Assembly (NCBI RefSeq): GCF_001194135.2
Contig: NC_068985.1
Coordinates: forward strand, 49,631,459 to 49,695,458
Source of the DNA: Octopus bimaculoides
Taxonomy: Eukaryota
Direction of reading: 5' to 3'
Length of the DNA stretch: 64,000 nucleotides
The notes under the pieces were generated by a model that was not told where the DNA came from, did not search any database, and was given only the letters and a program-made list of their open reading frames with translations. The position numbers and the translations under genes are program-made. Positions 13,053 through 26,502 of the stretch are shown piece by piece (within the stretch, counting starts at the first letter, position 1; each line of letters starts with the position of its first letter).

Positions 13053-13199
13053 TAGTATACCAGTTGTTCAGTGATAGAATGCTCACCGGTTATGCAGGCA
13101 GTCTAAGTTCAGTTCCTTGTTGATGCAATTTAATTTTTGTCTTACCCCACTCACACCAGAATAGAAAGAGGATGTTAAATTATGATGAAGATGATGATG

Positions 13200-13241
<42 letters not shown>

Positions 13242-13884
13242 ACATCTATGCAAATATGAATGCATGTGCACAGACGCATATTCCTAAGCATGTATGCATA
13301 TGAAAAACTGGATGCAGAGGCTTATCAAAGAATGTGTGAATGTAAAGAGATTTACTAAGAGATAAGAAATCAATAAAGAAAGGGCAAATGGACTGACAGT
13401 CAAGCATATGTAACAACTAGATAGATAAATCATTTTATAGATCAATGTTGTTGCTGTTTAACCCTAGGTCAGTCATGACAGACCAGATCTAAGATGAATA
13501 CCTTTACAGCTGTGACTATCTTTTTTTTTTTTTTCAAATAGTGTATCTATGACTACATTGTTCAATGATTTTTCCTATTTAAGATGGTAGCATGTGATGT
13601 GAGGGAGATTTGGAAACTATTTCTTGAAGGTTTAGGGACCATCTAGAGGTTTTGTTGGTGGCTTTTATGAATGTAATTATTTCATAGGTTAATTGACTCT
13701 AAAATAATCTCGTTATTACTTTTCAAGTTCTCTGGAGATAAGTCAACAAGTTTTTTATGCAGGCAGATGAGAAGATGAGAGTGAAAATGTGTTAGAAACA
13801 GCAATATATATAAAAAAAAAAATAACAAGGAAAGACTGAGAGAAACAGAGGCAAAAAGAAAAATAAGAAAGAAAAAAAGAATAG

Positions 13885-13939
<55 letters not shown>

Positions 13940-14045
13940 AGTAAATGATGTTGAAAAAGTGACAGACAGACTGACATGAAAGGGAAACAGGGAAAGTAAC
14001 AGAAATAATTCCTTAAGGATAGAGAAGGGGAGAAGTCAAGAGAAC

Positions 14046-14091
<46 letters not shown>

Positions 14092-14327
14092 GACTGTGCA
14101 TGTCTGTGTGCATGTGTATACATGCCTCTACATATATGTATGTAGAAGCATGTGTTGTATGCATGTGTGTGTGCTTGTGTAAACATGAGCATGTGTACAC
14201 ATGCATCTGCATGCATGTTTGATATATATATGCATAAAGTTGTCTGTGCATGCCAATGCATGTGCATATCTGTGCATGCATGTTTATGCATATGTGTATG
14301 AGCAAGTGCAAGACCGTGTGTGTGCGT

Positions 14328-14406
<79 letters not shown>

Positions 14407-14499
14407 TGTGTCAAAATGTAAAAATAAAGTGAAAGTAGCAGAGAAAAGATGAGTAGGGAGGAAAATAAGAGAGAAAAAGTGATTGGAAGACAGCTAGCA

Positions 14500-14530
<31 letters not shown>

Positions 14531-14993
14531 CAGACAGACTGACTGACAGAGACAGAGAGGGAGAGAGCAGTGAGGGTAGCAAAATCAGTAAGGAGACTGG
14601 TGATAGCAGTGGGAGAAATACCAAGAATACTTGTAGCATGATCTGTCATGGTTGATCACACTTTTCCCTAATCATTGTTGCCGTTGTGGTGATGGTGGTG
14701 GTGNNNNNNNNNNNNNNNNNNNNNNNNNNNNNNNNNNNNNNNNNNNNNNNNNNNNNNNNNNNNNNNNNNNNNNNNNNNNNNNNNNNNNNNNNNNNNNNNN
14801 NNNNNNNNNNNNNNNNNNNNNNNNNNNNNNNNNNNNNNNNNNNNNNNNNNNNNNNNNNNNNNNNNNNNNNNNNNNNNNNNNNNNNNNNNNNNNNNNNNNN
14901 NNNNNNNNNNNNNNNNNNNNNNNNNNNNNNNNNNNNNNNNNNNNNNNNNNNNNNNNNNNNNNNNNNNNNNNNNNNNNNNNNNNNNNNNNNNNN

Positions 14994-15051
<58 letters not shown>

Positions 15052-15189
15052 CCCTTATGCAGGATTCTAAATACTTGTAGTCTGTTGTGCTGGTTTCCTT
15101 GGAGGGGGAAATAGAAGTGCAAAGAAACCAAGACAATAAAGAAGTAAAAGAAAAAAAGGATACTAAAGAAGAAAAGGAAAATATTACAA

Positions 15190-15271
15190 AAGAAAGAAAG
15201 AAAGAAAGAAAGAAAGGAAGGAAGAAAGAAAGGAAGAAAGGAAGGAAGGAAGAAAGAAAGAAAGGAAGAAA

Positions 15272-15304
<33 letters not shown>

Positions 15305-15350
15305 GAAGAAAGAAAGAAAGAAAGGGAGAAAGAAAGAAAGAAAGAAAGAG
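15190..15350 (+). repeat. (GAAA/GGAA)n tract within a purine-rich region
   Basis: Seen directly. Confidence 0.9.
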
Positions 15351-15968
15351 TGAAAAGATGAAAGATGAACAAGAAAGAAAGAGAGATGAAAAAGGAAGAA
15401 AAAGAGGGAACAGTAAAGGAGGAGAAAGAGGAAAAGGAAGTCAAGAAAGAGAAGGCAGAGGAGGAGAAGACAGAGGAAAGGAAGGCAGGGTGGAGGAAAA
15501 GAGAAGGAAAAAAGGAGGAAGGGGAGGAAGGAAGGTAGAGAAGAGAAAGAAGGTAGAGAAGAGAAGGAAGGTAGGATGAGGAGGGAGGAGTTGACTGAGG
15601 AGGAAGGCGAAAAGATGGTGGAGGAGGAAGAGTAGAATGAAGAAGAAGAGGTGGAGGAGACGAAGGGAAAAGAAAGAAAAAAGAAGCATGTTATATATTT
15701 GATAAACTTCTTATAGTTCGCATATTACAATCAGGCCTTCATTACATTAAGTGTTCTGAAAATGGGGCCCCGTGTAAAATAAATGTGTTGGGTTTAAGTA
15801 CACATGAAGACAAAGACACACACACACACAGATGCAGACACATGCAAACATGAAGACATACAGATAAATACACATGCATATAGACACATATACAGGAATG
15901 CATATACATCCATATACACAAACATACATAATCTTTCAATCACCTAAATGAATACATACATCCATACA

Positions 15969-16125
15969 GAAGCATGGCTATGTGGTAAGAAGCTTGCTTT
16001 CTAACCGTAGGGTTCTAGCTTCAATCCCACTGCATGGCACCTTGGGCAAGTGTCTTCTACTATAACTTCAGACTGATCAAAGCCTTGTAAATGGATGAGG
16101 TAGACAAAAACTGGAAAAAACCTGT

Positions 16126-16165
<40 letters not shown>

Positions 16166-16688
16166 NNNNNNNNNNNNNNNNNNNNNNNNNNNNNNNNNNN
16201 NNNNNNNNNNNNNNNNNNNNNNNNNNNNNNNNNNNNNNNNNNNNNNNNNNNNNNNNNNNNNNNNNNNNNNNNNNNNNNNNNNNNNNNNNNNNNNNNNNNN
16301 NNNNNNNNNNNNNNNNNNNNNNNNNNNNNNNNNNNNNNNNNNNNNNNNNNNNNNNNNNNNNNNNNNNNNNNNNNNNNNNNNNNNNNNNNNNNNNNNNNNN
16401 NNNNNNNNNNNNNNNNNNNNNNNNNNNNNNNNNNNNNNNNNNNNNNNNNNNNNNNNNNNNNNNNNNNNNNNNNNNNNNNNNNNNNNNNNNNNNNNNNNNN
16501 NNNNNNNNNNNNNNNNNNNNNNNNNNNNNNNNNNNNNNNNNNNNNNNNNNNNNNNNNNNNNNNNNNNNNNNNNNNNNNNNNNNNNNNNNNNNNNNNNNNN
16601 NNNNNNNNNNNNNNNNNNNNNNNNNNNNNNNNNNNNNNNNNNNNNNNNNNNNTATATATATATATATATATATATACACACGTGTGGG

Positions 16689-16726
<38 letters not shown>

Positions 16727-16912
16727 ACCACTGCTTGACAACTGGTGTTGGTGCGTTTATGTCTCTGTAATTTAGTGGTTCAGCAAAAGGGACTGATAGA
16801 ATAAGTGCCAGCCTTAAAAAAAAAAGTAAGTTCTGGGGTTGATATATTCAAGGCAGTGCCCCAGCATGGCCAGGGCTAATGACTGAAACATGTAAAAAAA
16901 TGAAAGGTAAAA
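15969..16912 (+). mobile_element. SINE family A copy spanning a (TA)n/N gap
   Basis: Head at 15969-16125, tail at 16720-16912; the gap lies in the central microsatellite. Confidence 0.65.
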
Positions 16913-17384
16913 AATACAAGAAAATAGAAAATCAGAGTAGCAATAGAATAAAGCATCAGCTTCAAATGACTGAATAAACTCTATTGTGATGTATGGAGTA
17001 ATTTTACACATTTCAATCAAGAAGAAATAATTGTGACCATGAGCTTCAGAGTACCTTCCAACACTGTTCCAATTGATGTGATTGATGTTTCAACTTATAG
17101 GGAAAAATGTGATCAGAAAGGAATTACAGATGGTTTGATATTCTGGGAATAAAATATTGGCAAGGGTCACAGACTGGATGACACATTTGGATGACACATG
17201 TGGATCAATTTGTAAGTCAAAGACATTTGTAAAACATTTCATCAGAAATTGTCTACCCATGTCGTATATATTTATCCAAACAAACTTTTGCCAGTGTAGC
17301 CCAGCATCATTTTTGATCAGATTCCTTTGTTTATTTGCTGTTCTGCAAATGTTGTCCAACATTACAGTATAGTATAGTTGGCTG

Positions 17385-17773
17385 CGTCTCGTGTTTCCAA
17401 GCTTGCAATCCAGTTCCTTTTCCTGGGTGTTTGAATCGCAGATGGCTCTGCAATCCAAGGGTTGCATGAAACATACGGGGACATTGTGGACAAGGGATAG
17501 AAGGGTTGGTTTGGGAAGGAGAAGGCGCTGCTTTCTCTCCCGTCTCTTGAGTTCAGCTCTTGCGACTCAAGCTTTCTCGAAGTCCGTTGAACCCGTTTTG
17601 ATGGTGTGTCTCCAGAGGGGTCTGTTTGCCGAGATATCCTCCCAGTGTGCGGGGTCGATGCTGGTGCTTTTCAAGGTTGATTTGAGTTGGTCCTTGTACC
17701 GCCTCAAGGAGGCTCCACGAGGACGTTTTCCTTCAGACAGTTCACCATAGAGACAGATCTTGGGAACATTACA
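17385..17773 (-). mobile_element. RTE/BovB-like LINE 3' coding fragment
   Basis: PKICLYGELSEGKRPRGASLRRYKDQLKSTLK...WEDISANRPLWR and a terminal CPQCPRMFHATLGLQSH zinc-knuckle-like tail. Confidence 0.85.
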
Positions 17774-18006
17774 ACAGTATTGTAAACAGGAATCACTATA
17801 ACACATAATGTCTTAGAGAGAGTGCACTGGTGGCTGGAGTATTTCACTGCTATGTTCATTCTTCTCTGATTAAACCTTTAAAAGCATTTCCTTTTAATAC
17901 TTCAGATTCAAAGTTAACCATTAACAGAACAGACTGGAGCAACCAAATAATGAACTGGAGAGAAACAACAAGTATAACATGACTTAGAAGAAATAGTATA
18001 AATACA

Positions 18007-18037
<31 letters not shown>

Positions 18038-18655
18038 ATGAATAAAAAGACTGATTAAGATAACAAACAAATAATCAAAAACACTCACAAAATGCAAGAT
18101 AAGTCAATATAATTTAATCAGACACTGAACAGAAAGTTTATTTTAACTGGTACATTCTTTGAGGATACTCAGAGACTGTCCAAACATCTATCTTACATTT
18201 TTCTGCCTACATTACTGTTGTTCATATGATACTAATCAATAATTATAATATAGAAGAAAAATTAAAAAAATAAAAAAATATGTTCATCTGAAAATTTCAC
18301 TATAAAATTTCACATCATAGTTCTACCACAGTAACTGGAATGCTATAATGTTGGAAAGAGATAACTAACTGAATTTTGGCAGCTATATTAGAAAGCTCCA
18401 TTAATCCCGACAAGACCAGATAAAAAAAGAATCTTAGTAGCATCTTTAGTATTTTAGCTGTAATATCTTCCTTGTTCCCCACTCCTCATCAGTCGAGATA
18501 GTACTTCAGTTCTGAAGTGTGTATGATAAGTGTTGTGTTTACAGGAATGTATAAAGGTGTGTAGCACCATGCATACACATGTATATATGTATATATTTGT
18601 AGGTGTGTGTGTGTATGTACATATCTACACATTTACATGTGTATACAAGATAGGT

Positions 18656-18714
<59 letters not shown>

Positions 18715-18815
18715 CACACACACATATATATGTACACATACATACATATATATACTTACACACACATGCACGCACACTTACATATAAACACACACATATA
18801 TACACATATTTATGT

Positions 18816-18887
<72 letters not shown>

Positions 18888-19593
18888 TATATACATATAT
18901 ACATATACATATATATATATATGTATACATGCATACACACAAACGACCAGACACACATACACACACACAAACACACACACACACACATTTAAAAAAATAT
19001 GTGCATGAATTTATGAGTGTAAATATGTATAAGTTTGTCCATATATGAATGCTTTGAAGTATGCATGGCCTAATCCTCTGCCTGTATAAGTGTACAATCA
19101 GCATGCATGTGTCATACGCTTACATACATATATGCATATATACACACACGTGCCCATACATAGATAGAATTAGCTTACATTTGTATGTCTGTCTATGTGC
19201 ATCTGCTATACAGATTTTATTTCTGAGTCATTTCACCTAACCTAGTGTTCTGTCCTACTGTACTCTGTCTGGTAAGCTCACTTAGCCATGACACACTACA
19301 TAAAAATTAGCTTACTGACCCAAAATTGGTTCCAGGACAATTTCACAACATCAAAGGTATACACATACACAGACACACACACACACACACACAAATACTA
19401 ACATGTCTGTGTGTTTGAGTGTGTAAGTGTGTGGGTGTGTGGGTGTGTGCTTGTGGCTGTGGTTAAGGAGTTCGTTTTGCAACCACATGGTTTTTGAGTT
19501 CAATCCCAGAATGCAGCATGCTGGCAAATGTCTTCTGCTGTATATGCAGGTTTGACAAAAAAGAAAACCTTGGAAGCTGGAAATAGAAAACAA

Positions 19594-19646
<53 letters not shown>

Positions 19647-19915
19647 GTGTGTGTGCACATGTGTGTTGTAGGGAGTGGGGTGACATCACATACTACATGT
19701 GAAAAAAAAGCTTCACAATCATACATGCAGTGTCACTCATATGCAATTTCCCATGAAATTATGTCTGGCAAAGTGTTGGTTATGTTCGAAAGACTAGGGG
19801 TAACATCCTGCTTGGAAACAGATATGCATTAGCAACAAAAACAGCATCCAGCCATAGAAAATCTCCTTCAATGAACTCCATCTAATTCATGCAAGCATGG
19901 AAAAGATGACATTAA

Positions 19916-20135
19916 CCCTTTAGCTTTCTGATTACTCTGTCAAATATAAAGCTTGTTTAATTACATCATTTTTAAGTTAATTGTACAGCATCTTGTAACT
20001 CTGAGATTTTGATGATGTTCTCTTTATTTTTAGAATGACTTTGTAGGGTAGGTGTGAGAGGTCAGAGTTGGCTGGTTTGAGCATAAAACAGGAAGATAAT
20101 TTTGGCCCGATATGACCAGTTTAAATACTAAAGGG
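19916..20135. mobile_element. TTAA-flanked non-autonomous DNA element (piggyBac- or Crypton-like)
   Basis: TTAA-CCCTTTAG...CTAAAGGG-TTAA; a homologous copy lies at 35673-35890 and inverted pieces at about 60370-60480 and 60760-60850. Confidence 0.7.
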
Positions 20136-20353
20136 TTAAAGTGGTTGTGGTGGCAGTGGTGATGATGATGATTATGATAATCTCACACAAACACACACCG
20201 AACTTATTTCAACTTTAGAAAAGATACACTAAATCCTTGCATGTCATAAGAGTTGGCTAAAAGGGTTGGTGACAGGAAAAGCAACTGTTTGTAAAATAAC
20301 AGCTCAAAAATCTGTTTGCTTTCTTATGCATACTAGCATGAGAAAGCAAAGAG

Positions 20354-20449
20354 ATGATGATGATGATGACAATGACAATGATGACGATGACAACAACGAT
20401 GATGATGATGATGACAACAACGATGATGATGATGATGATGATGATGATA
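20354..20449 (+). repeat. (GAT/GAC/AAC)n trinucleotide tract
   Basis: Seen directly. Confidence 0.9.
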
Positions 20450-21305
20450 CATAAATGCACCCATGCCAGTGGCACATAAAAAGCACCCAGTATACTCTGC
20501 TAAGTGGTAGGAAGGGCATCCAGCCACAGAAACCATGCCACAACAGACAGAGTCTGGATAGCTCCCTGCTAGGCAGCTCCATGTCAAACCATCCAATCCA
20601 TGCCAGCATGGAAAGCAGATGCTAAACAATGATGATAATGATGATGATTACTAAAGGGTTAAAGACTGAAACATGTTAAAGGTAACATACATCATGACAT
20701 GGCACTCCCTACCATCAATCAAATGACTCACACAGCAGATAAATGTATTGAGCAATTGAGTTCATATTTCATCACAAATAGGTCGTAATCTCAGACAGGA
20801 CACGTATTTCTATTTGTCTCAACTTGGGAAAAAAAGAGAAAAATTAGGATTGGTACAGTGAGCTTGCATGACTTTTGGAGGAAGAACTCCAATTACTATT
20901 ACTATTAAGTATTAATGTGCCAAGTTCTGATTGCTTACTTGTGCATTTATATATGCAGATATGTATATGTGTACATGCATATCCACAATTGGTAGGTTCT
21001 GTAATATCATTGTATTTCTGTTACTTAAATGTAAATTTTAACATGCAAGCCCTTAAAGGCAGACTACTCCATTAACCATTGCAACCAGCAATTCCTTCAT
21101 ATGAACCATTTCAAAGCTAGCTATAGCTTTCTTCACACAGAAGCCAACAAAACACTTGCTGCAGAGGCAGAAACACCAATGCATGCCTTTCAACCAGTTA
21201 TGCAAAGCTGAATAGATAATGCTTGAAACTAAAGTTACATCTTCAAATTAATATAAGGTACATTTAAACAACACAGCTTCAACTATACTTCATCATTTAG
21301 CAATT

Positions 21306-21519
21306 TGTTTTGTTTCAGTCATTGGACTGTGTCCATGCTGGGGCCTGCCTTGAAGAATTTAGTTAAATTGCCCCCAGTACTTACTTTTAAGTCTGGTACT
21401 TATTCTATTGGTCTCTTTTGCTGAACTGCTAAGTTACAGGGATGTAAACAAGCTAACACCATCAAATGGTGGTGGTGGTGGGTAAATACCAAGACACACA
21501 TATACATATGTGCACATGC

Positions 21520-21557
<38 letters not shown>

Positions 21558-21725
21558 TTTACACACAAAATGGGCTTCCCTACAGTTTCTGTCAACCAAA
21601 TTTCATCAAAAGGCATAGGTTAGCTATGGGCTATAGTAGAAGACACTTGCATAAGATGCTACACAGTGGAACTGAACCCAAAACCATGTGGTTGCAAAGA
21701 AGACTTTTTAATCACATAGACATGA
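21306..21725 (-). mobile_element. SINE family A, diverged copy
   Basis: Head, (CA)n middle and tail recognisable. Confidence 0.7.
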
Positions 21726-21974
21726 CCGCACCAATGCTGGATGGTAAAACGTCACAATTTTGTCCAACTACAAACGCCACTTAAAAGAAAACAATACCAA
21801 TTTTGACATTAACTCTGAAAGTCCTGTAGTGATTTCTCTAAGTAAATCTCCCAATCCTGTCAGAAAATGGCGATTTTGATGCAAGTGCAGCTACACCAGT
21901 GTAAAAATCCTTAAACTGTAGCTTTTGCATGAATATGGCTGCAACTTCATGGTAGAATATAATGAATGTTGATG

Positions 21975-22192
21975 AGCTGGCAGAAATATTAGCATGCCAG
22001 GCAAAATGCTTAGCGGTATTTCATCTGTCTTTATGTTTGGGGTTCAAATTCTGCCGCAGTCAACTCTACTTTTCATCCTTTCGAGGTCGATAAATTAAGT
22101 ATCAGTTGCATACTGGGGTTGATCTAATCGACTGGCCCCTCCCCAAAAATTTCGGGTCTTTTGTCTAGAATAGAAAAGAATATCATTCAACC
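21975..22192 (+). mobile_element. SINE family B
   Basis: gagctggcagaa head, ttttcatcctttcgaggtcgataaattaagta core. Confidence 0.75.
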
Positions 22193-23433
22193 ACGGTGGT
22201 GGTTGGATATATTCTTAAGTCCACCATTTCATCAATCACAGTAGCTTCCAAGCTTCACCACTAATTCAGTTCTCAACTAAATTGCAAACTGTTAACAGTT
22301 TTAAAGAGGACACCTCGACTACACTTTGGCATAAATAGTTTGAGATTTGGTTCAGTAGAAAAAGGTTACATCAAAATATCTGCGACCTCAAGGGGGGCAG
22401 TAAGGCACCTATTCATCTTCAATTAACATAAATTTTTTTATTTTAAAATAAAAGTATACTTTTCTTAGGCTTAAATAATAGAAAAATGCATGAGGAATTC
22501 AGAATCGTTAGTCGCATTGAACAAAAATTAGTAGGAAAAAAGTTATGAGGTGAAATGTAATGAAATTTATTGTCAGTAAATGAAGAAGAAGTAACGCCCC
22601 AATAATATATTTCTAAAATGAATGCTTACATTCTCATGTAGCAAGATGGCAGAAACATTAGTGCACTGGGCGAAATACTTAGCGGTATTTCATATGTCTT
22701 TTTGCTTTGGGTTCAAATACTACCAAGGTCAACTTTATCTTTCGTATATTTTATTTTTTTAATTAAGTATTTAATAAAGTTATTTTTAACATGCTGTTGA
22801 ATTAGGGTAAGTTTAACTTTAATTATTAATTTTCTCTTTCAGCTTTAACTTGTTTTCTGCTTTTTTTTGCTTTTCCTTTTTAGTTGCTTTCCTTTTCTTT
22901 TTAATTATTTAATCAGGCTAGTTCATTAATGTGTTATATGCTTCAGATATGTGCATCTAAATTTACTGAGGCAGGAATATAGTCATTTTTGGCAGACCTG
23001 AAGGCATGTAGTAAGGCAGTCCAGAAAAGGCATTGGTTAAAAGTGCTTATATTCTAAATTTACTTTCTAAATTTCAAAATTAATTAAAAGGGATTTTTCA
23101 TAAATCAAATTTATATTAATGGGATGTAGGTAATTTTAACTTGTGTATATCTGATATGCTTTTATAATTACTGTTGTATTGAATAATTATTGATAGATCT
23201 GGATTAGCAGCAGTCAGTGCTATTATCCCCAACTCAAAATATAGATTACTTAAGGTGAATCTGGTAACTGATGGTTTTGGGGTCTTGTTGTTTGTAACGT
23301 TTGGTGAGCCATGGTGCAACCAAAAAGATGGTAAAATTACCTGACATTANNNNNNNNNNNNNNNNNNNNNNNNNNNNNNNNNNNNNNNNNNNNNNNNNNN
23401 NNNNNNNNNNNNNNNNNNNNNNNNNNNNNNNNT

Positions 23434-23814
23434 AACTCTTTTATTTGTTTCAGTCATTTGACTGCGGCCATGCTGGAGCACCACCTTTAGTCGAACTAAT
23501 CGACTCCAGGACTTATTCTTTGTAAGCCTAGTACTTATTCTATCAGTCTCTTTTGCCGAACCGCTAAGTTACAGGGATGTAAACACACCAGCATCGGTTG
23601 TCAAGCGATGTTGGGGGGACAAACACAGACACACACATATATAGATATATACATATATACGACGGGCTTCTTTCAGTTTCCGTCTACCAAATCCACTCGC
23701 AAGGCTTTGGTCGGCCCGAGGATATAGTAGAAGACACTTGCCCAAGGTGCCACGCAGTGGGATTGAACCCAGAACCATGTGGTAGATAAGCAAGTTACTT
23801 ACCACACAGCCACT
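23434..23814 (-). mobile_element. SINE family A, full copy
   Basis: Colinear with 46141-46559. Confidence 0.85.
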
Positions 23815-23899
23815 CATTAAAAAAATTGAAATATTATCTTTCAGTATTCTATAAGTTAAAATCTTGAATTATTAACTGCAATGCCTGGAAAAATCATGG

Positions 23900-24520
23900 A
23901 TTACATGGAAAAAGGCGAGCATGAAAAGTAATATTCTTAAGATTATAAACCTGGAAAAATGCAGGACAAGTTATTACACCTGTAAAAGTATAGGACAAGC
24001 TATTACTTCTAGTAAAGTAAAAAATAAGAAACTTTTTACTTAGAATATTGCAGCTAAAATTAAAATTTGAATATTAAAAATTATTTTATTATAGCTTATA
24101 AATAACACTATACTTATTTAAGTAGAATTTGGCTGATTTACTACCTTAAATACATAAAAAAGTGTCTAATTAGACAAACTTACAAATTAACTGAACAGTT
24201 TTGTACAATAAATTTAAAAGAAGAGAACTGTAAAGAGTGATAAATTAGAAGAACTCGCATTCTTTGCTGCAATATTTTAAGTAAAGAATTTCTTATTCTT
24301 AACTTTACTAGAAGTAATAGCTTGTCCTATACTTTTACAGGTGTAATGTTGATAAATTAAGAACCAGTTACATACTGGGATCGATCTAATCGACTGGTCC
24401 CCTCCCCCAAAAAATTTTTGGGCCTTGTGCCTTGAGTAGAAAAGAATAACTTGTCCTGGACTTTTCCAGGTTTATAATCTTAAGAATATTACTTTTCATG
24501 CTCGCATTTTTCAATGTAAT
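23900..24520. mobile_element. AT-rich fold-back element with a SINE fragment inserted in the right arm
   Basis: Arms 23900-24054 and 24266-24520; the right arm is interrupted at 24348-24444 by a SINE 3' half flanked by AAT. Confidence 0.7.
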
Positions 24521-24624
24521 AATGAATGTTGGTGCACATTGTGAATGTGGTTTTACCTATTGTCAATTTTTACATTTAAATAAATAAGGTGCAATATGAC
24601 ACGACAAAAATTAAGTTATCTTAC

Positions 24625-24670
24625 CTTTTGCATACTTTTTATGTTTGAATATATTGTAGGTGAAATGAGA
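24625..24670 (-). CDS. Candidate 46-nt exon
   Basis: Acceptor tgtttgtcctctatacttag|, donor AAG|gtaaga. Open in phase 0 (SHFTYNIFKHKKYAK) or phase 2, but not directly phase-compatible with the upstream exon. Confidence 0.25.
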
Positions 24671-25540
24671 CTAAGTATAGAGGACAAACATTGAGTTTAC
24701 TTGTGAGTCATAAAAACTGAAATTACATAATTAGAGGTAAGAAAAAAAACAACTTAATTTGCTACATTGGTGCAGGTGTGGCTGGGTGATTGAGAAGTTT
24801 GTTTCCCACCTACATGATTTCAGGTACAAAGTGTCTTCTAAAATATCCTTGTGCCAACCAAAACTTTGTGAGTGAATCTTACAGATGGAAACATGCTAGT
24901 GGTTCTTGAGATGTCTTGTCCATGGACAAACAAACACAACTGAAAACAATACCTCTGCCTTCACTAAAGTGGAGGTAATAAAGTTGTGCTATGTACTGTA
25001 TTCTTTCTTTGTCTTCTTAAGCTAATATGAGTATTTCTCTCATGGTAACTACTGTAGTATAATTTATTTCTAATAGAACATCCCTGTTTAAGTAGGGATA
25101 AATATTACCTCTTGGTATTAATATTGTGTCTCTGTTGCTTATATATATATTTATATATATATATATATATATGTGTATATANNNNNNNNNNNNNNNNNNN
25201 NNNNNNNNNNNNNNNNNNNNNNNNNNNNNNNNNNNNNNNNNNNNNNNNNNNNNNNNNNNNNNNNNNNNNNNNNNNNNNNNNNNNNNNNNNNNNNNNNNNN
25301 NNNNNNNNNNNNNNNNNNNNNNNNNNNNNNNNNNNNNNNNNNNNTTGGCAGAGTTTCTACAGCTGGATGCCAACCACTCAGAGAGTGTAGTAGGTGCTTT
25401 TACGTGTCACCCGCACGAAGGCCAGTCAGGCAATACTGGCAACGGCCACGCTCGAAATGGTGTCTTTTATGTGCCACCCGCACAAGAGCCAGTCCAGGGG
25501 CACTGGCAACGATCTCGCTCGAAAATCCTACGAAGGCCAG

Positions 25541-25592
<52 letters not shown>

Positions 25593-26461
25593 ATATACAT
25601 ACGCACACATACATACAGGCACACACATTGGCATGCACACAGGAGTATGTCTGTGTTTGCAAGTAAATTATCAAGATATATTTTAAAAGATTATGCATTT
25701 GATCTCGAAATGAAACAAGATCAATTGCTTCAAAGAGAAGCAGTATAATTCAAAAATATTTTTCTCTTTGTCATTGCAACAACTAACAGCAAAAACCATT
25801 CCAGAATGCTAACCAGAGATCAATATTTGGGAATATCATATACAATATCTTACTGTATTCTCTAGTTTTTCAGCAGTAATAAAACACGTCCAGAATATGA
25901 TCAATATATTTAGGGATAAAAATATATATATCATTTGTTCAGTTTTACATCAGTTTTTCCATACTAGCATGGGTTAGATGAGTATAATAATGAGGCATTC
26001 TTTTACACCCAGATGCCCTCCCTGCAGTTAACTCTTCCCTGTTTAAGAAATGAGGACTTTCTTATTTCACACATCTTGGAAGATACTAAGCTAGCAGATA
26101 CCAATGTTACAGCTTCTAACTCACTGATTTTTCAAGAGGTACCAATGTAAACAAACACACACATGCATAATAGACATCTATGTATAGTGGCTTCATCCAT
26201 CAGCCTCAACATATGAAAGGGAGATCTAGAAAAACAGAAGACAAAGTGAAGACTGGTCTCAAGATGCCAAGCCTAACCAAAGAGATGACATAGGTGACAC
26301 AGTGCTAGAGAAAACCTGGGCTCTTGACCAAGCAAGGTAAAGAAAATGCTAAAAACGGGTGAAATAATAATGACTAGAAGGCTCTTGTAGCACTCCTCCT
26401 CTGTCTCCCTGCCTCTCTTTCACTGATCCTCTTTCTACAGATTCTTCACCTCTTTGATGCT

Positions 26462-26502
<41 letters not shown>

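Noticed and set aside
13087-13102. 16-nt segment (HCLHNR) that also fits the reading frame
   Set aside because: Purine-rich acceptor adjacent to a transposon end; shows how easily chance exons fit.
14013-16741. Long ORFs in the supplied track (e.g. 14013-14639, 16001-16741, also 59657-60369)
   Set aside because: They are made of dinucleotide repeats (HT, CV, YI, LS runs) or N gaps; no coding signal.
22750-23150. Possible mitochondrial insertion (very AT-rich)
   Set aside because: No recognisable mitochondrial gene, rRNA or tRNA motif.
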